From an uncultured Thermotogae bacterium (GTDB lineage: Bacteria; Bipolaricaulota; Bipolaricaulia; UBA7950): a DNA stretch of 37,282 nt. The stretch lies in the NCBI GenBank assembly GCA_964582575.1, contig CAZORT010000001.1:1-37282 (forward strand), given 5' to 3'. Positions 34,717 to 37,282 of the stretch are shown here, one piece after another; position 1 is the first letter of the stretch; the number at the start of each line of letters is the position of its first letter. The notes below the pieces were generated by a model, which was not told where the DNA came from, ran no database searches, and saw only the letters and a program-made list of their open reading frames with translations. A program made the translations under genes and the position numbers.

Positions 34717-35733
34717 TCAAACTAAATAACGATTAATTTCATTGACATCAACAAATGGAGTTATATTGAGTCTTATTGTTTCATTCTTGTTTTCAAAGCG
34801 ATAGTTAATCTGTATTTGTTCATGATGCGCCGCCGTACTATAGTTAGCGATTATCCGCCCTGCTAATTCAATAATCTCCGCAATCTCGCCTTCTTTCTTT
34901 GCCGTCCAATTAGTACGAACCAATGCCAACGGCCCTTCATACGTTGGCAGATAGACGCGCATATCTTGTGGAAGGAAAAAATGCTGTAAATTCCGTTTCT
35001 CTTCCGCAGCGGCAGCTATCACAATCGTAATATCTGGCTCTTTTTTGTAGTAAAACCTAAAATCGAGCAGTTGTAATGCATTAAGCGTAAACTCCTTCTC
35101 ACAGAGAAGGTTAGCCAACCGCAGCCCAAAGTTAGGACAAGTTAATTTACACCTATCTTGACAGGGAAATGAGTTGCTCTCAGCAAGATTTAAAGTAGCA
35201 GCCAATTTTGCCAATTCATCCTGATCGTCTGCAGTAAAGCTATACAATCTTTCCGCATTTACCCATCCCTCTTTTTCCGGCCGTGTACGGGGAAGCAAAT
35301 TAGCCGAGAGAGGACGTAATATTAGATTGCTGATCCCGGCATCATTGCCAATACGATCTAATTCGCACGCATTTAATCCATTACTGCCAGCTATCTCTCC
35401 GGTGACAATGAAGTCTGCCTTAATCCGTTTCATATATTGCGCTGAACGAGTCAACATAAGAGTCCGACAGTGAGAACAACTATGAATCAGCGAAAATCCA
35501 TCAACGGAAATGCGACTAATCAAATGGTGGTAATCTTTATTTATTGTCTGACTACGGAATTGTATCGTTGGCCAAATCGCTTTAGCTATCGTGCGCACAC
35601 GATTGCAATCAGTAAAGAACAGCGAGCGAAAATATAATAACTGTACCTCATCTACCCCTTCTGACATCTCTACCAGCCGTGTTGCAACAATGCTGGCTAA
35701 GCTTCCTGAGAATAGTGACAGTGCTCTAACCAT
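34717..35733 (-). CDS. PP-loop (adenine nucleotide alpha-hydrolase) superfamily protein, MnmA/ThiI-like, with a degenerate SGGxDS motif
   Basis: The N-terminal ALSLFSGSLASIVATRL sits where relatives have ALxLFSGGLDSxLA. It also carries CSHCRTLM...ADFIVTGE, LILRPLSANLLPRTRPEKEGWV and RCKLTCPNFGLRLANLL, which parallel the C.DCK / GADF.TGEV / LLRPLSAKLL / GGC.LTD..F blocks I recall for this family. Good SD (GAGGTGG). Confidence 0.5.
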   Translation of the reverse strand: MVRALSLFSGSLASIVATRLVEMSEGVDEVQLLYFRSLFFTDCNRVRTIAKAIWPTIQFRSQTINKDYHHLISRISVDGFSLIHSCSHCRTLMLTRSAQYMKRIKADFIVTGEIAGSNGLNACELDRIGNDAGISNLILRPLSANLLPRTRPEKEGWVNAERLYSFTADDQDELAKLAATLNLAESNSFPCQDRCKLTCPNFGLRLANLLCEKEFTLNALQLLDFRFYYKKEPDITIVIAAAAEEKRNLQHFFLPQDMRVYLPTYEGPLALVRTNWTAKKEGEIAEIIELAGRIIANYSTAAHHEQIQINYRFENKNETIRLNITPFVDVNEINRYLV

Positions 35734-35777
35734 TGTCCACCTCTTCAGTAGAAGACAAAGGCCTTTGGCTCGGGAAA

Positions 35778-36329
35778 TTACGGTTCAATAAGTCCGTAAT
35801 TTCCATCGTTGCGACGATAAATTACATTCGGTGTTCCAGATGCCACATTCATGAATACGAGGAAAACTTGATCGGTCTCCTCTAGTTGGCTCGCTGCTTC
35901 TTCCGGTAACATTGGCTTGCGAACAAAATGGTCAGTTCTAATAATCTTCTTATATTCCTGCTCCTGGGTAATCGTGGATAGATCGGACAATTGATCCTGA
36001 TCCGCAACCTCATCCTGCAGATGCACTTCATTTCCCGTCCCTTTATCCTTGACCTTATCTTTATACCTGACCAATTGCCGCTTAAGCTTGTCAACACCAA
36101 GATCAATCGCTGCGTACATATCCTCTGATTCTTCACGCGCCTTAACAACTTTACGATTGATTAAATGGACAATAAAATCCGCACTATGTCGTTCTTTTTC
36201 AGCTGAAAGAGTAATATCAACCCGCATTACCCGATTGAAATAACGGTTGAGTGTCTCGGTTTTTTTTATCGCATATTCTTTCAGGCTCTGACTTGCGATG
36301 TTATGTCGTTCAACAACGTTTATTTGCAT
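35778..36329 (-). CDS. hpf: Ribosome hibernation promoting factor, long form
   Basis: N-terminal RaiA/HPF fold (MQINVVERHNI..SQSLKEYAIKKTETLNRYF...MYAAIDLGVDKLKRQLVRYK) plus a C-terminal dimerisation domain (KPMLPEEAASQLEETDQVFLVFMN...NVIYRRNDGNYGLIEP). The ATG at 36329 lies 5 nt after AAGGAG. Confidence 0.92.
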   Translation of the reverse strand: MQINVVERHNIASQSLKEYAIKKTETLNRYFNRVMRVDITLSAEKERHSADFIVHLINRKVVKAREESEDMYAAIDLGVDKLKRQLVRYKDKVKDKGTGNEVHLQDEVADQDQLSDLSTITQEQEYKKIIRTDHFVRKPMLPEEAASQLEETDQVFLVFMNVASGTPNVIYRRNDGNYGLIEP

Positions 36330-36406
36330 TATCACTCCTTTTCAGAAATTAATAGCTTCAGAAAAGCTGGTAGTGTGTGGTAAGTGGGAAGAATAAGGAA
36401 GAGGGA

Positions 36407-36440
36407 ATGAGAAGATGAGAAGATGAGAAGATGAGAAGAT
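36407..36440. repeat. Octamer microsatellite (ATGAGAAG) x4.25
   Basis: atgagaag atgagaag atgagaag atgagaag at, read directly in the nifU-like/hpf spacer. An inverted ttctcat follows at 36451-36457. Confidence 0.9.
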
Positions 36441-36513
36441 TCTTTCCGATTTCTCATCCGCATAACTTCTTAGCCTCCTCATCTTCATATTTTCCTAATC
36501 TTGAATCTCGTAC

Positions 36514-36735
36514 CTATAACGCTTCCACACGCTGTACTTGCGGCACTATCTCTTTTAGCCGTGATTCAACGTACATATTTAACGTATGTTGACTCATTGG
36601 ACAACCATGACAAGCTCCAGTTAATCGTACCTGCACTACACCGTCCGCAGTGACATCAATTAACTCAATATCACCGCCGTGTGTCTTTAAATACGGGCTT
36701 ATTTCATCTAATGCTTGTATGACTTTAGCACGCAT
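36514..36735 (-). CDS. NifU-like (Nfu C-terminal domain) Fe-S cluster protein
   Basis: 73 aa: IQALDEISPYLKTHGGDIELIDVTADGVVQVRLTGACHGCPMSQHTL with the CxxC motif of the NifU C-terminal domain. AGGAGG RBS. Confidence 0.85.
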   Translation of the reverse strand: MRAKVIQALDEISPYLKTHGGDIELIDVTADGVVQVRLTGACHGCPMSQHTLNMYVESRLKEIVPQVQRVEAL

Positions 36736-36971
36736 TCTCTATTCCTCCTTTTTAACCAAACAGACTATAGACTATATAACTAACGCTAAACGTCTCAATC
36801 TTACATAATTATTAGACTCATCTCCAGTTCTCCTCACAGTGAAATAGCCGCAATGATACAATGCACTTCCAGCTTATTCTATTTGCATCGGAGAGAAAAG
36901 ACGTTATAATTAAAATAATTGTGATAGGTGCCGGATTACGGGAATCTATTGATGCGATTTAAGTAGCAATT

Positions 36972-37232
36972 ATGCAAGCAAAAGAGAATATAGATACAGC
37001 AGAAAAATTGCAAAACAATGCAAGTTCACCTGACTTAAGATACGGCGCATTGGAGACCTTGCAGCTCCCTGCCGCTATCAATCAAAAATTAAGTGGTCCA
37101 TTATCAGATCTCTTGGAAGCAGACCAGATGCTCAAACGACCTTCGATCTTCGCGTTAGTCATCACCGTACCGCAGAAGAAATTACAAGACGATTCAGCTA
37201 TGAGAAGTAACCTTGAACTAAAAAATACGTAA
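36972..37232 (+). CDS. Hypothetical protein (weakly supported ORF)
   Basis: 86-aa ORF with no recognisable motif and no clear SD. It is the only sizeable ORF in the last 500 nt. Confidence 0.25.
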   Translation: MQAKENIDTAEKLQNNASSPDLRYGALETLQLPAAINQKLSGPLSDLLEADQMLKRPSIFALVITVPQKKLQDDSAMRSNLELKNT

Positions 37233-37282
37233 AAATCGAAAGAATGCTATTACAGAACATATCGTTATCCAACAATTACAAG

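Overview
This window is mostly core housekeeping genes from a moderately AT-rich bacterium with strong AGGAGG-type ribosome binding sites.

**Left third, 1-9.6 kb, mainly + strand**
- A DJ-1-like gene tail, a 2x[4Fe-4S] ferredoxin and two DUF1275 membrane-protein paralogs, the second truncated.
- A decayed IS transposase OrfA remnant.
- A PiT phosphate transporter convergent with a DUF47/PhoU-like gene.
- pfkA, comEC, fxsA (- strand), dprA, ndk and cutA.

**9.65-33.6 kb, - strand**
- One long transcription/translation supercluster: rpoC, rpsL-rpsG-fusA, the S10, spc and alpha ribosomal protein operons (rpsJ to rplQ, including secY-adk-map-infA-rpmJ), then a holB-like gene.

**Upstream of rpoC, 33.8-36.7 kb, - strand**
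- An FmdB-type zinc-ribbon gene and a 650-nt non-coding tract with a repeat element bounded by inverted repeats.
- A PP-loop-like protein with a degenerate ATP motif, long-form hpf and a NifU-like gene.

I found no rRNA, tRNA, CRISPR array, intact mobile element or recognisable defence or toxin system, and I cannot point to a clearly new multi-gene system.

**Features most worth a second look**
1. A perfect 184-bp repeat (215-bp period) at the rpsJ/rplC junction creates a second RBS and a 35-codon rplC' mini-ORF.
2. rpoC is very long (1655 aa, several lineage-specific insertions) and has no rpoB upstream.
3. The cluster lacks rpmD (L30), rpsD (S4) and tuf, and S11 lacks its conserved C-terminal tail.
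4. Short tandem 6-8-mer words and REP/MITE-like elements fill the intergenic spacers, even inside ribosomal operons.
5. A roughly 45-nt conserved element lies upstream of both competence genes, comEC and dprA.

All protein calls rest on remembered family motifs and synteny. No database search was run.
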